Shown: positions 28,867 to 38,515 of the stretch, one piece after another
Position numbering within the stretch: position 1 is the first letter of the stretch
Layout: each line of letters begins with the position of its first letter
DNA from: Longimicrobiales bacterium
GTDB taxonomy: Bacteria > Gemmatimonadota > Gemmatimonadetes > Longimicrobiales > Gaopeijiaceae
DNA length: 64,000 nt
Assembly: GCA_965249725.1 (NCBI GenBank)
Contig: CBDFMQ010000002.1
Location: forward strand, 2,112,001 to 2,176,000
Direction: 5' to 3'
Notes under the pieces: model-generated
What the model was told of the DNA's origin: nothing
The model's database searches: none
Seen by the model: only the letters and a program-made list of their open reading frames with translations
Program-made: the position numbers and the translations under genes

Positions 28867-29250
28867 TCTTCCTGGCTCACGTGCGGGGCTAGGTCGACAC
28901 CGTTGGGGGTACCATCCGAAGGAAGCCGAGGGAGGCCCTCCCGCGTGAATACGGTCGACCGTTTGTGGGCGTTTGGATACGCTCAGTCGGCGGCCTGGTG
29001 CTCTGTCACGCACGTGGCCGTCGACGTTCGGCGACAAGGTGCGTACATGGCGTGTGGGCGGCAAGCAGGGGGTCCGTACCCGATGTGACGCCTTCCTTGC
29101 GTTCCTACGCTCAAAGCCCAACTGTAGCCTCAAAACCCCCAAGGACAAGGCTCGCCGACCCCTCGGGACCACACGGAACGCCGTTGGATGGGCCTCTGCC
29201 CGACCACCGGTGCACTCCAACGCTCGAGTTGGCCGCCGTGGAGGTACATC

Positions 29251-29574
29251 ATGAGCGTTTTTGGGACCAAAGGAGTGACCTACTCGGCGGACAGCGGGGA
29301 GTTCTCCTGCCAGCACTGTGGAGTGCAGCGAAGGTATTCCACGAAGCGCGTACGGAAGTACTTCACACTGTTCTCGGTTCCTGTGATTCCGCTGAGTACG
29401 GTCGCCGAGTACGTTCAGTGCAGCGCGTGTAAGGGCACCTGGAGGGACGACGTGCCCCGTGATGGGGAAGTCACGAGCGTCAAATCCGAGAAGTCGGTCA
29501 AATCCGAGAAGTCGGTCAAGTCCGAGAAGTCGGTCAAGCGACGCAAACGGCCCAAGGCGGGAAGATCCGACTAG
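29251..29574 (+). CDS. Zinc-ribbon protein (zinc_ribbon_15-like) with a low-complexity basic tail
   Basis: CQHC...YFTLFSVPVIPL...YVQCSAC; RBS GGAGG. Confidence 0.75.
   Translation: MSVFGTKGVTYSADSGEFSCQHCGVQRRYSTKRVRKYFTLFSVPVIPLSTVAEYVQCSACKGTWRDDVPRDGEVTSVKSEKSVKSEKSVKSEKSVKRRKRPKAGRSD
29479..29538 (+). repeat. 18-bp in-frame tandem repeat, 3.3 copies (VKSEKS)
   Basis: GTCAA(A/G)TCCGAGAAGTCG x3 plus GTCAAG. Confidence 0.95.
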
Positions 29575-29668
29575 CGGTAGGCTCGGGGCCCGGCCCCACG
29601 GTCATGTCAGAGTGCTGCCGCCCGGGGTCGGCGCGATCGTCCCTAGGGTTACCTCGCTCTTTGAGAAA

Positions 29669-31279
29669 TCAGCCCTTCCCGTCCCTCAGGATCTCGCGCG
29701 CCGCGTTGTACCCGGGGTATCCGGTGACCCCGCCTCCCGGATGCGTCCCCGCCCCGCACAGGTAGAGCCCGGCCAGGTCGGTCCGGTAGCGAGCGGACCC
29801 CGGCACCGGACGCATGAAGAGCAGTTGATCCAGCGTATGCTCTCCGTGATTGATGTTCCCTTCCGGGAGCCCGTACGTCTCCTCCAGATCCAACGGAGTA
29901 AGCACCTGCCGGTGGAGGATGGTGTCGTCGAGGTTGGGCGCATACTCGCCCAGCGTCGCCACGATCGTATCGCCCAGCCGATCCCTGGCCGCGGCGTCCC
30001 ACTCGCCTGCCGTGAGCCGATAGGGCGCGTACTGCGCCACGATCGACATGACGTGGGTGTCCGGCTCGGCCAGACCCGGATCGGTGACCGAAGGGATGGA
30101 CACCTCCAGCGTCGGGCGACTCGACGGCGCTCCGTACTTGGCGTCGTCGAACGCCCGCTCGACGTACTCGAGACTGGGGCTGATCGAGATCACACCGTTC
30201 AGGTGCGCCGCCCCCTCGGAAACACCCGTGAAGCGCGGCAACTCCCGAAGGGCTAGATGCACCTTGGCGCAGGCGCCCCGGAACCGGATGTTCTTCACCT
30301 TGCGCACCAACTCCGGATCGAAGTGGGTCGGTCCCACGAGATCGAAGAAGGTCGTGCGCGGGTCGACGTTCGAGATGACCCGGGACGACGAGAATTCCTC
30401 GCCGCTCGACAGAGCCACGCCGGTAGCCCTACCGTCCTTCACGAGCACTCGACCGACGGGTTGATTCGTCCGGATTTCGACCCGATGCTCCCGGGCCGCC
30501 GCCCCCAACGCATTGGCCAACGCACCCACGCCACCGCGGACCCGAGTAGTGGGCCGGAGCACGCCACGGGCGGCCCCGACCTGCTGGTGAAGCAGGTTGT
30601 AGACAGTCCCGGCGGCCATCGGCCCCTGCATCAACCCCGAGACGCCGGCGGCGGCGAGGGCTCCCTTGAGGATGTCGCTCTCGAACCAATCCCCCAACAA
30701 CTCGGATACCGCCATCGGGAGAATGCGCACGACCTCGACCATGTCCTTCTTCCCGAGCCGGCGGAGCTTGGCACCCAGCTTCACAACGGACCAAAGGTCT
30801 CTCGGGTCGTTGCCGGCGACGTTGGGAGGAGTGGCGGACCAGGCGGACTGCACGATTGCCGCCGCCTTCCCGATCAAATCCGTAAAGGGGACCCAGGCGT
30901 CAGCGTCCGGCGGCGAGATCTCGCGCAGCGCCTCCGCAGTCCGTTCGGGGTCCCGCCAAAGCTGCAGATGGCGCCCGTCTGAACAAGGAGCGAACACGGC
31001 AGGGTCGGCCCTGAGCAGTTCGAGGCCGTGACGGTGCAGATTCAGGTCGGAGACGATCGCCGGATGAAGCCCGCCGATGCGGTGCGCCGCGGTGTCGAAC
31101 TTGAAGCCCGGGAAGACCTGCTCGGTGACCGCGGCTCCTCCGATGACCTCGCGTCGCTCCAGGACCAGCACCCTCATTCCGGCCCGGCCGAGATAGGCCG
31201 CGGTGACGAGTCCGTTGTGACCGGCACCGACGATGATGGCGTCGTAGGGCTGGTTCGTGCCGCCGGAGGGCCGGGTCAT
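29669..31279 (-). CDS. Phytoene-dehydrogenase-like FAD oxidoreductase (COG1233/PYROXD2-like), paralog B
   Basis: GAGHNGL, GGAAVTE, ERAFDDAKYG, GNINHGE, CGAGTHPGGGVTG. Confidence 0.9.
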   Translation of the reverse strand: MTRPSGGTNQPYDAIIVGAGHNGLVTAAYLGRAGMRVLVLERREVIGGAAVTEQVFPGFKFDTAAHRIGGLHPAIVSDLNLHRHGLELLRADPAVFAPCSDGRHLQLWRDPERTAEALREISPPDADAWVPFTDLIGKAAAIVQSAWSATPPNVAGNDPRDLWSVVKLGAKLRRLGKKDMVEVVRILPMAVSELLGDWFESDILKGALAAAGVSGLMQGPMAAGTVYNLLHQQVGAARGVLRPTTRVRGGVGALANALGAAAREHRVEIRTNQPVGRVLVKDGRATGVALSSGEEFSSSRVISNVDPRTTFFDLVGPTHFDPELVRKVKNIRFRGACAKVHLALRELPRFTGVSEGAAHLNGVISISPSLEYVERAFDDAKYGAPSSRPTLEVSIPSVTDPGLAEPDTHVMSIVAQYAPYRLTAGEWDAAARDRLGDTIVATLGEYAPNLDDTILHRQVLTPLDLEETYGLPEGNINHGEHTLDQLLFMRPVPGSARYRTDLAGLYLCGAGTHPGGGVTGYPGYNAAREILRDGKG

Positions 31280-32865
31280 CGCGGCGACTCCCCGAGGATC
31301 TTGAGAGCGGCCAGCCGTCCGGACGCGCCCGTGATGCCTCCCCCGGGATGAGTCCCCGACCCACACTGGTAGTAGTTCCGGACCGGCGTGGTGAAGTCGG
31401 CCCAGCCGACGGCAGGACGCATCGAGAAGAGCTGATGCAGGGTCAGTTCGCCATGGAAGATGTTGCCCTGGGTGAGGCCCATATCGCGCTCGATATCCCA
31501 CGGGGTCAGCACCTGTCGGTGCAAAATCGCTCCGGGGAGGTTCGGTGCGTACTGGGCCAGCGTATCGATGACGGCGTCCCCGAAAGCCTCCCGCTTGGTC
31601 ACGTCCCAGCCTCCGTCCAGATCCGACGGGGCATACTGGACGAAGATCGACATGACGTGCTTTCCGGGGGGAGCCATGCCTGGATCGATCATGGACGGCA
31701 GGATGATGTCCATGTAGGGCCGCTTCGAGAATCCTCCGTACTTGGCGTCATCGTAGGCGCGTTCCAGGTAGTCCACGCTGGGACTGATGGAGATGGCTCC
31801 TCGCAGGTGTGGTCCGAAGCCCGGCAGGCTCGTGAAGTCGGGCAGCTCGCCCAGGGCAAGGTTCACCTTGCCTGACGAACCCCGGATCTTGAAGCGCTGG
31901 ATCGCCTCGACGAAGTCGTCCGGAAGGTCCTTCTCTTCGACCATCTGTAAAAAAGTCCGCTTGGGGTCCAGGGCCGAGACCACCACGGGCGCCCGGATCT
32001 CGTCCCCGTTTTCGAGCACTACCCCGATTGCCGTCCCACTCTTGACGATCACGTGCGCGACTCCAGCCTCGGTGCGGATATCCGCGCCAAATCCGCGCGC
32101 CGCACTGGCAATGGACTCGCTTATGCCTCCGGTCCCACCCCGAGCGAATCCCCAGGCACGCATCGCTCCGTCGATCTCGCCCATGTAGTGGTGCAACAGC
32201 ACATACGCCGTGCCCGGAGATCGAGGACCGAGGAAGGTGCCGATGATGCCACTCGCGGCCATCGTGGCCTTCAGCGCCTCGGTCTCGAACCACTCGTCGA
32301 GGTAGTCGGCGGAACTCATGGTCATGAGTTTGAAGAGCGCATGGAACTGCTCCTCGCCCAGGCCCCTCATGTGTCCCGCGAGCTTGGCGAACCCCATGAG
32401 GTCCTTCGGGCTCAGCGACGTGGGGTCGGGTGGCACCATCGACAGGATGGGCTTCACGGCCACGGCCAGTTGGTACATCAGCTTGCTGAAGTCGTCGTAC
32501 GCATCGGCGTCCTTGGGAGAGTGCCGGTACAACTCCCGGCGGGTCTGATCATGGTCCGACCAGCGCACCAGGTAGTCGTCATCCGAGATCGGAGTGAAGG
32601 TGCTCTCGAGCGGGAGGATCTCGAGACCGTGGCGAGGCAGGTCCAGATCCTGGATGATCTCCGGCCTTAGAAGGCTCACGACGTAGGAGCACACCGAGTA
32701 CTTGAAGCCGGGATGGATCTCCTCGGTGACGGCGGCTCCCCCGAGCACGTGTCGCTTCTCGAGCACGACGACTCGCTTGCCCGACCTGGCCAGGTATGCG
32801 GCGTTGACCAGGCCGTTGTGCCCTCCCCCGATGACGATCGCGTCGTATCGGTTGGCAGCGGTCAC
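31276..32865 (-). CDS. Phytoene-dehydrogenase-like FAD oxidoreductase (COG1233/PYROXD2-like), paralog A
   Basis: GGGHNGL, GGAAVTEE, CSYVVSLL, YVLLHHYMG, GNIFHGE, CGSGTHPGGG; GTG start overlapping the upstream stop. Confidence 0.9.
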   Translation of the reverse strand: MTAANRYDAIVIGGGHNGLVNAAYLARSGKRVVVLEKRHVLGGAAVTEEIHPGFKYSVCSYVVSLLRPEIIQDLDLPRHGLEILPLESTFTPISDDDYLVRWSDHDQTRRELYRHSPKDADAYDDFSKLMYQLAVAVKPILSMVPPDPTSLSPKDLMGFAKLAGHMRGLGEEQFHALFKLMTMSSADYLDEWFETEALKATMAASGIIGTFLGPRSPGTAYVLLHHYMGEIDGAMRAWGFARGGTGGISESIASAARGFGADIRTEAGVAHVIVKSGTAIGVVLENGDEIRAPVVVSALDPKRTFLQMVEEKDLPDDFVEAIQRFKIRGSSGKVNLALGELPDFTSLPGFGPHLRGAISISPSVDYLERAYDDAKYGGFSKRPYMDIILPSMIDPGMAPPGKHVMSIFVQYAPSDLDGGWDVTKREAFGDAVIDTLAQYAPNLPGAILHRQVLTPWDIERDMGLTQGNIFHGELTLHQLFSMRPAVGWADFTTPVRNYYQCGSGTHPGGGITGASGRLAALKILGESPR

Positions 32866-34055
32866 GGCGTCGACCTCTTGCGCGCGGGGTTGTAGAAGGG
32901 TGTCTCGACCACTTCGGCCACCGCCTGACGCCTTACGTGCTCCACCGTGACCTCCATGTGGACAGTCGTGCCCGGCCGCGCATGGTGGGCGTGAAGGTGC
33001 GCCAGAGCGATGTACTTTTTGAGGATCGGGGACCAGCATCCGCTCGTAGCGTACCCCACCTGCTTGCCATCACGGTAGACGGGCACGCTGGTCCTCCAGG
33101 CCACCGAAGGCAGCTGGGGCGGAAGACCCACCTTGGCGTACAGGTCCTCCAACGATTCCCAGCTCACCTCCAGGCCACGAAGCTCCCACTCCGGGCCCCG
33201 CCGCTTCTCCTCTACCAGCGCTGCCCGGCCCACGAAGGCCTCCTTGTCCAGATTCACCGTCCAGCCGAGACCCAACTCGAACGGCGAGGACTTCCGATCT
33301 TCGATCACGGCCCGGTGCGCCGGCACGTAGTCTACGTCGAGAAGCACCAGGCCGGCCTCGATCCGAGCCACATCGAGCGCGAGAATCCCCGCAGGCGTGA
33401 TCCCATGGGAACGACCCACTTCCATCAGGGCGTCCCAAAGGTCCGGCGCGTCTCCGGAGTCCACCCAGATCTCGTATCCGAGATCCCCCGTGTACCCGGT
33501 CCGGGTGACGGTCACCGGAACGTCGCTCACGTGCGTGACGGCGAGCCGAAAGAACCCGAGCCCGTCCACCTCCCCATCCGTCGCGCTCCCCAAGATGGCT
33601 CGCGCGTTGGGACCCTGGAGCGAGAGGGCGGCCAGAGAATCGGAGATGTCCGTGATCTCCACGTCGAGGCCGAAAGCGTTGTCCAGGAGCCAACGCAGAT
33701 TCGGTTCGGCTGATGTAAGCCGGTACGCGTCCTCTTCCATGCGGGACAGCGTACCGTCATCCATCACCTTGCCTTGTCCGTCACACCACGGCGTGTAGAG
33801 GACCTGCCCGGGCACGCACCGAGATATGTCTCGGGTCACCACCCGATCGAGGAGGCGCGAGGCATCCCGACCCCGAATCTCGTACTTGAAGAGGGGCGAC
33901 ACATCGAAGAGGGCCGCCGCGCTCCGGATGGCATAGTACTCTCGGTCGGGCGTGAGCTCGTACGACCCGGCGGTGATGAAGCCCGCCCAGCGACGCCAAT
34001 TCTGGGCTTGGCAGAGTGGAGCCGTTCGGGAATGGAAAGGGGTGGTCCTCAGCAT
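32862..34055 (-). CDS. Aminomethyltransferase (GcvT/DmdA-like folate-binding) family protein
   Basis: TTPFH, FDVSPL, DDGT, LQGP, RTGYTGDLGYEIW, ARIEAG, PFYNP. Confidence 0.9.
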   Translation of the reverse strand: MLRTTPFHSRTAPLCQAQNWRRWAGFITAGSYELTPDREYYAIRSAAALFDVSPLFKYEIRGRDASRLLDRVVTRDISRCVPGQVLYTPWCDGQGKVMDDGTLSRMEEDAYRLTSAEPNLRWLLDNAFGLDVEITDISDSLAALSLQGPNARAILGSATDGEVDGLGFFRLAVTHVSDVPVTVTRTGYTGDLGYEIWVDSGDAPDLWDALMEVGRSHGITPAGILALDVARIEAGLVLLDVDYVPAHRAVIEDRKSSPFELGLGWTVNLDKEAFVGRAALVEEKRRGPEWELRGLEVSWESLEDLYAKVGLPPQLPSVAWRTSVPVYRDGKQVGYATSGCWSPILKKYIALAHLHAHHARPGTTVHMEVTVEHVRRQAVAEVVETPFYNPARKRSTP

Positions 34056-34239
34056 GCCGATCCGAGGTGTGGGCGTCGGGGCACCTGCTAGTAGCCGGGA
34101 TCTTACCCGAGGACCGACGGGGGGGCAATCGCACCGCGTCGTGGACCCTCGCGGGGAGCCAACCGCGTACCCATCTTCCGGAGCACCGGTCGATCACGAA
34201 GGTGCGATGCTGCCATGAGACCAGATCCGGTAGGGGGCC

Positions 34240-36987
34240 GTGTACATGACAGAAGGAACCGTCACCCAGTGCGAATCCCGCGGTGGAATGCGCCGAGAAG
34301 CGCCGTCGCGGGGAATGTCGATCGTGGCGTTGTCGACCGCCGCGATGTTGACCGCTGGCCTTCTAGCCTGCTCGGGGGATGCGGGGACGCCCGGCGGCGC
34401 GACCGTCTCGGGCGCCTTCGACGGCCCGCCGCCGGCCCGGGTCGCGGGATACGATTGGGCACGCCACGGCGGCAACTACATGTACAACTACTACCTCCCG
34501 CCTGCCCCCAGCTCCACGCCCTGGGCGCCGGCGTGGTCTCCGAGGGGCGATGCCATCGCCGTGGGCATGAGTGGCTCCATATGGTCGATAGCCCTCGAGG
34601 AAGGGGTCGATCCCGAAACAGGCCAGGCGACCGACCCCGGTGTCGCCACCGAGCTTACGCGAGGCTCCGCATATCACTCCTCGCCGGCCTGGTCACCGGA
34701 CGGACGGTGGATCGTCTACACGGCCGACAACGGTGCCTCGGCGGGTGAGGGGCCGCATACCATCCAGTTGGCAATCCTGGACGTGGAATCGGGGGAGTCC
34801 CGCGCCCTGACCGACGACGAGTTCGTCTACGCCGATCCGACGTTCTCGGCAGACGGAACCCAGCTGGCGTATGTCTCGACCCAGCCCAACGGGTACTTCA
34901 ACGTCTACGTGCGTCCGATCCAGGACGGCCAATGGAACGGATCCGCCGTAGCCGTGACATCGGACAACGACTTCGGACGTGAGCGTCTCTACTTCGGTTC
35001 GCAGGACATGCACCTGTCTCCATCGTGGATGCCGGACGGCGAAGAACTCCTCCTCGTCTCCAATCGTGACGTGGCTCTAGGGTCGGGCAACGTGATCAGG
35101 GTGCCGGCCGAAGTCGGGGGTATCGAGAGACGCAGCACCGTTCTCGCCGAACAGACCCTCTACCGGGCCCGACCCGACGTGTCCCCGGACGGCACGCGGT
35201 TCGTGTATTCATCGACCTCCGGCTCCGCCGATCAATACGTAAACCTGTACGTGCAGCCCACCATCGGTGGGGAGCCGTACAAGCTCACGTTCTTCCAGCA
35301 CGACGCGTTCCATCCGCGATGGTCCCCCGATGGCGAGTGGATCGCATACGTCTCGAACGAATCAGGTCTCCCCCAGCTCGAACTCCTCGAGACGTTCGGC
35401 GGAGCGCGGCGCCGGATCGAGATCACACAGAGGCGCTGGAAGGAGCCCATGGGCACACTGGTGGCGACCGTCCGGGCTGAAGGCCTTTCTGGTGAAGGCA
35501 GCAGCGAACCCACAGCGGCACGCGTGACGCTGATCGCAGCCGACGGCAAGGTGTGGGCACCCAGCGACGCGTACGCGCGGATCGGTGGCAGGGGCGGCTT
35601 CCCCGCGTTTCATTCGACCGGCAGCTTCTCCCTCCAGCTTCCTCCCGGTCCGGTGGACCTCACGGTAATGAAGGGTTTCGAATTGCACCCCGACCGGCGG
35701 CACGTAGAGGTACGGGCCGGCGAGGTCACCGAGGTGGAGGTCGTCCTCCGGCGCATGGCCGACCTCTCGGCCGAAGGATGGCACAACGGATCCACGCACC
35801 TCCACATGAACTACGCGGGGAACCTCCACAACACGCTCGAGAACATGATGATGATGTCCGATGCCGAGGATCAGGACATCGTCAACGAGCAGGTCGCGAA
35901 CAAGGACAACCGCATCCTCGACCATCAGTTCTTCGTCCCGGGCGGCGATGCCCACCCCCTCTCCACTCCCGACCGAGTGCTCGTAGTCGGGCAGGAGTAC
36001 CGGCCCCCGTTCTACGGCCATGTCTTCATGCTGGGACTGGAGGACCATCTCATCTCGCCCTTCACGACGGGCTACGAAGGGACGGCCATCGAAAGTCTAT
36101 ATCCCTCGAATACAGACATGCTCAGGAAGGCCAAGCTCCAGGGTGCGACAACCGGCTACGTGCACGCCTTCGGAGGGGACGCCGATCCCCTGGAAGGCAA
36201 CCTGGGCGGCGGTAAGGGCTTCATGGTCGACGCGGTGCTGGAGGCACTGGACGCACTGGAGTGGTCCTCTGCGGGGCACGCCGGCTTCTTCCCCCTCTAC
36301 GCGGTTTGGAACAACGATCTCCGAATCACCGCTGTTGGGGGCGAGGATGCCATCAGCAGTCTGCACTGGACGCCCCTGGTCGGTGCCATGCGGACCTATG
36401 TGAGAACACCGGACCGCCGGCGCACTATGGAGGGCTGGTTCGAAGGACTGCGGGATGGCCGTGCCTTCGTGACCAACGGGCCTCTCGTCTCTCTCATGGT
36501 GAATGACTCCATTCCGGGCTCTGAACTAGCGCTGCCCGCCGGAGCAACGAGTATCGCCGTACAGGCGCGCGTCCGTTCCATCACACCGCTCACGCGCGCC
36601 TGGCTCGTGCACGACGGCCGTGACGTTCAAGAGGTCGCGCTGTCCCCGGATCGCATGAGCGGCGAGTTCAGCGGGGACGTCCCTATCACGGGGAGCGGTT
36701 GGATCCATCTGAGGGCCGAAGGAGAGCGAGAGGAACACTACCCCCTCGACGCCACCTTCGCCCAAGCGTTCACCAATCCGGTGTGGTTCGAGGTGGACGG
36801 AGCACCCATCCGCGACGCTGCGTCCGCCGAATACGGCATTCGATGGATCGAGAAGCTCACCGCGATGGCCGAGGCCTCGCCCGGTTGGCGCTCCGAGGAG
36901 GAGTGGCGTCGGGTCCGCTACCAGTTCCTGCAAGCGAAGGGTGTGTACGAGCGCCTGAGGGCCGAGGCGGAGGGATCGACACCATGA
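34240..36987 (+). CDS. Lipoprotein with TolB-like (PD40) beta-propeller and CehA/McbA-like (PHP-fold) metallohydrolase
   Basis: LLAC lipobox; repeated PAWSPDG-type blades; HLHMNY, GQEYR...GH, GYVH, FVTNGP; start uncertain (34240-34314). Confidence 0.8.
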   Translation: MYMTEGTVTQCESRGGMRREAPSRGMSIVALSTAAMLTAGLLACSGDAGTPGGATVSGAFDGPPPARVAGYDWARHGGNYMYNYYLPPAPSSTPWAPAWSPRGDAIAVGMSGSIWSIALEEGVDPETGQATDPGVATELTRGSAYHSSPAWSPDGRWIVYTADNGASAGEGPHTIQLAILDVESGESRALTDDEFVYADPTFSADGTQLAYVSTQPNGYFNVYVRPIQDGQWNGSAVAVTSDNDFGRERLYFGSQDMHLSPSWMPDGEELLLVSNRDVALGSGNVIRVPAEVGGIERRSTVLAEQTLYRARPDVSPDGTRFVYSSTSGSADQYVNLYVQPTIGGEPYKLTFFQHDAFHPRWSPDGEWIAYVSNESGLPQLELLETFGGARRRIEITQRRWKEPMGTLVATVRAEGLSGEGSSEPTAARVTLIAADGKVWAPSDAYARIGGRGGFPAFHSTGSFSLQLPPGPVDLTVMKGFELHPDRRHVEVRAGEVTEVEVVLRRMADLSAEGWHNGSTHLHMNYAGNLHNTLENMMMMSDAEDQDIVNEQVANKDNRILDHQFFVPGGDAHPLSTPDRVLVVGQEYRPPFYGHVFMLGLEDHLISPFTTGYEGTAIESLYPSNTDMLRKAKLQGATTGYVHAFGGDADPLEGNLGGGKGFMVDAVLEALDALEWSSAGHAGFFPLYAVWNNDLRITAVGGEDAISSLHWTPLVGAMRTYVRTPDRRRTMEGWFEGLRDGRAFVTNGPLVSLMVNDSIPGSELALPAGATSIAVQARVRSITPLTRAWLVHDGRDVQEVALSPDRMSGEFSGDVPITGSGWIHLRAEGEREEHYPLDATFAQAFTNPVWFEVDGAPIRDAASAEYGIRWIEKLTAMAEASPGWRSEEEWRRVRYQFLQAKGVYERLRAEAEGSTP

Positions 36988-37829
36988 GAGCGGCTGCTCT
37001 GCTGGCGGTCGCCCTCCTCGGAATGCCCAGCCAAGAGGCCGAGGTGCTGGGGAGGTACTCGTTCGACGCCGACCGTCGTGTGCAATGGGGCCTGCCCAAC
37101 CGCCTGAAGGAGATCTCGGGGCTGGCCGTCACTCGGGCGGATCGTCTGTTCGCGCACAACGACGAGAGGGCCGTGATCTACGAGATCGACGTCCCAGGCC
37201 AGAAGATCGCGAAGGCATTCTCCATGGGGCGCCCGACGGTCCGGGGGGATTTCGAGGGACTGTTCGTACTGGAAGACCGCTTCTTTCTGGTGACGAGCGA
37301 TGGCGTGCTCTTCGAGAGCCTCGAGGGTGAGGACGAGGAGCGGCTCGACTACAACATGTACGTCACCGGTGCGGGTCGCCTCTGTGAAGTCGAGGGGCTC
37401 GCCGCGAACGTCGAGGGCACACGCCTACTCCTGGTCTGCAAGACCCCCAGGGCCCGCGAACTGCGCTCTTGGGTAACGCTGCTACCATGGTCGATCGAGG
37501 AACGCCGGCTGGTCCCCGAAGAGGCGATCCGGATCCCGTTGGACCCGTTCACGGATCTCGTGAAGGGCAACGAATTCAGTCCCTCTGGCCTTTCGTTGGC
37601 TCCCGGAAGCGACCACTTCCTCCTGGTTGCCGCGAGGCAGAACGCCATCGCCGAGATCTCGCTAGACGGCCGCTTGTGGGCGATCACCTCCCTCGATAAA
37701 GGACGCCACCAGCAGACGGAAGGCGTCGCCTTCCTGTCGGATGGCACATTGGTGCTGGCCGACGAGGGGACGGGACGGCGTGGCCGACTGACGTTTTACG
37801 GCATCGACAGGGACGCTCACGACGACTGA
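36984..37829 (+). CDS. Exported SdiA-regulated/YjiK-like beta-propeller protein
   Basis: Signal peptide; KEISGL, AHNDE, GDFEGL, EVEGL, SPSGL, QTEGVAF; ATGA overlap. Confidence 0.7.
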   Translation: MRAAALLAVALLGMPSQEAEVLGRYSFDADRRVQWGLPNRLKEISGLAVTRADRLFAHNDERAVIYEIDVPGQKIAKAFSMGRPTVRGDFEGLFVLEDRFFLVTSDGVLFESLEGEDEERLDYNMYVTGAGRLCEVEGLAANVEGTRLLLVCKTPRARELRSWVTLLPWSIEERRLVPEEAIRIPLDPFTDLVKGNEFSPSGLSLAPGSDHFLLVAARQNAIAEISLDGRLWAITSLDKGRHQQTEGVAFLSDGTLVLADEGTGRRGRLTFYGIDRDAHDD

Positions 37830-37923
37830 CCCCGACACTCCCGTCGGTGATCCCCGGGCGGGCAAGAGGACCCGACCCAATGTTACATTCCCTTCCCGCA
37901 TTCACCGCACTACGAGGACATAC

Positions 37924-38424
37924 ATGGCCAAGAAGAACTCCTTCGACATCACCACCGGCATCGACCTTCAAGAGGTCGATAATGCGGTGAACCAGGCGCA
38001 CAAGGAGATCGCTACCCGGTACGACTTCAAGGGCACGAACTGCACCATCGAACTCGACCGGGCTGCCAATGTGATCAAGCTCGAGGGCGACGACGATTAC
38101 CGGCTCGGCGCGGTCCTGCAGGTCCTGCGGGAGAAGCTCGCGCGGAGAAAGGTCCCGCTGAAGAACCTCGACGTGAGCGAGGTCGAGATCGGCTCCCTGG
38201 GCCGCGCGCGGCAGACGATCGGACTCAAGCAGGGCATCGACCAGGAAACGGGCAAGAAGATGGTCAAGGCCGTCAAAGACAACGGCTTCAAGAAGGTGCA
38301 GGTACAGATCCAGGGAGACGAGCTGCGGGTCACCAGCCCTTCGAGGGATGAACTGCAGGCGGTCATGACCTTCCTCAAGGGCACAGATTGGGGTATCGAA
38401 CTCCAGTTCGGGAATTACCGGTAG
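37924..38424 (+). CDS. yajQ: YajQ-family nucleotide/c-di-GMP-binding protein
   Basis: SFDI...QEVDNAVNQ...RYDFKG...QIQGDELRV...RDELQ...LQFGNYR. Confidence 0.95.
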   Translation: MAKKNSFDITTGIDLQEVDNAVNQAHKEIATRYDFKGTNCTIELDRAANVIKLEGDDDYRLGAVLQVLREKLARRKVPLKNLDVSEVEIGSLGRARQTIGLKQGIDQETGKKMVKAVKDNGFKKVQVQIQGDELRVTSPSRDELQAVMTFLKGTDWGIELQFGNYR

Positions 38425-38515
38425 AGCCGGGCGACGACGTGCCATCCGCGATGCAACCTCCCCGCCTGAGGAGCCGGCCTTGAGTCGATCGGCCACCTCC
38501 GGCAAGAGGAGCATC

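Noticed and set aside
29479..29538. Possible CRISPR array
   Set aside because: Contiguous 18-bp units without spacers, in frame within a CDS, and no cas genes
29669..32865. Carotenoid biosynthesis (crtI) cluster
   Set aside because: No phytoene synthase or GGPP synthase nearby; motifs fit the PYROXD2-like branch and the genes are coupled to a GcvT-like gene
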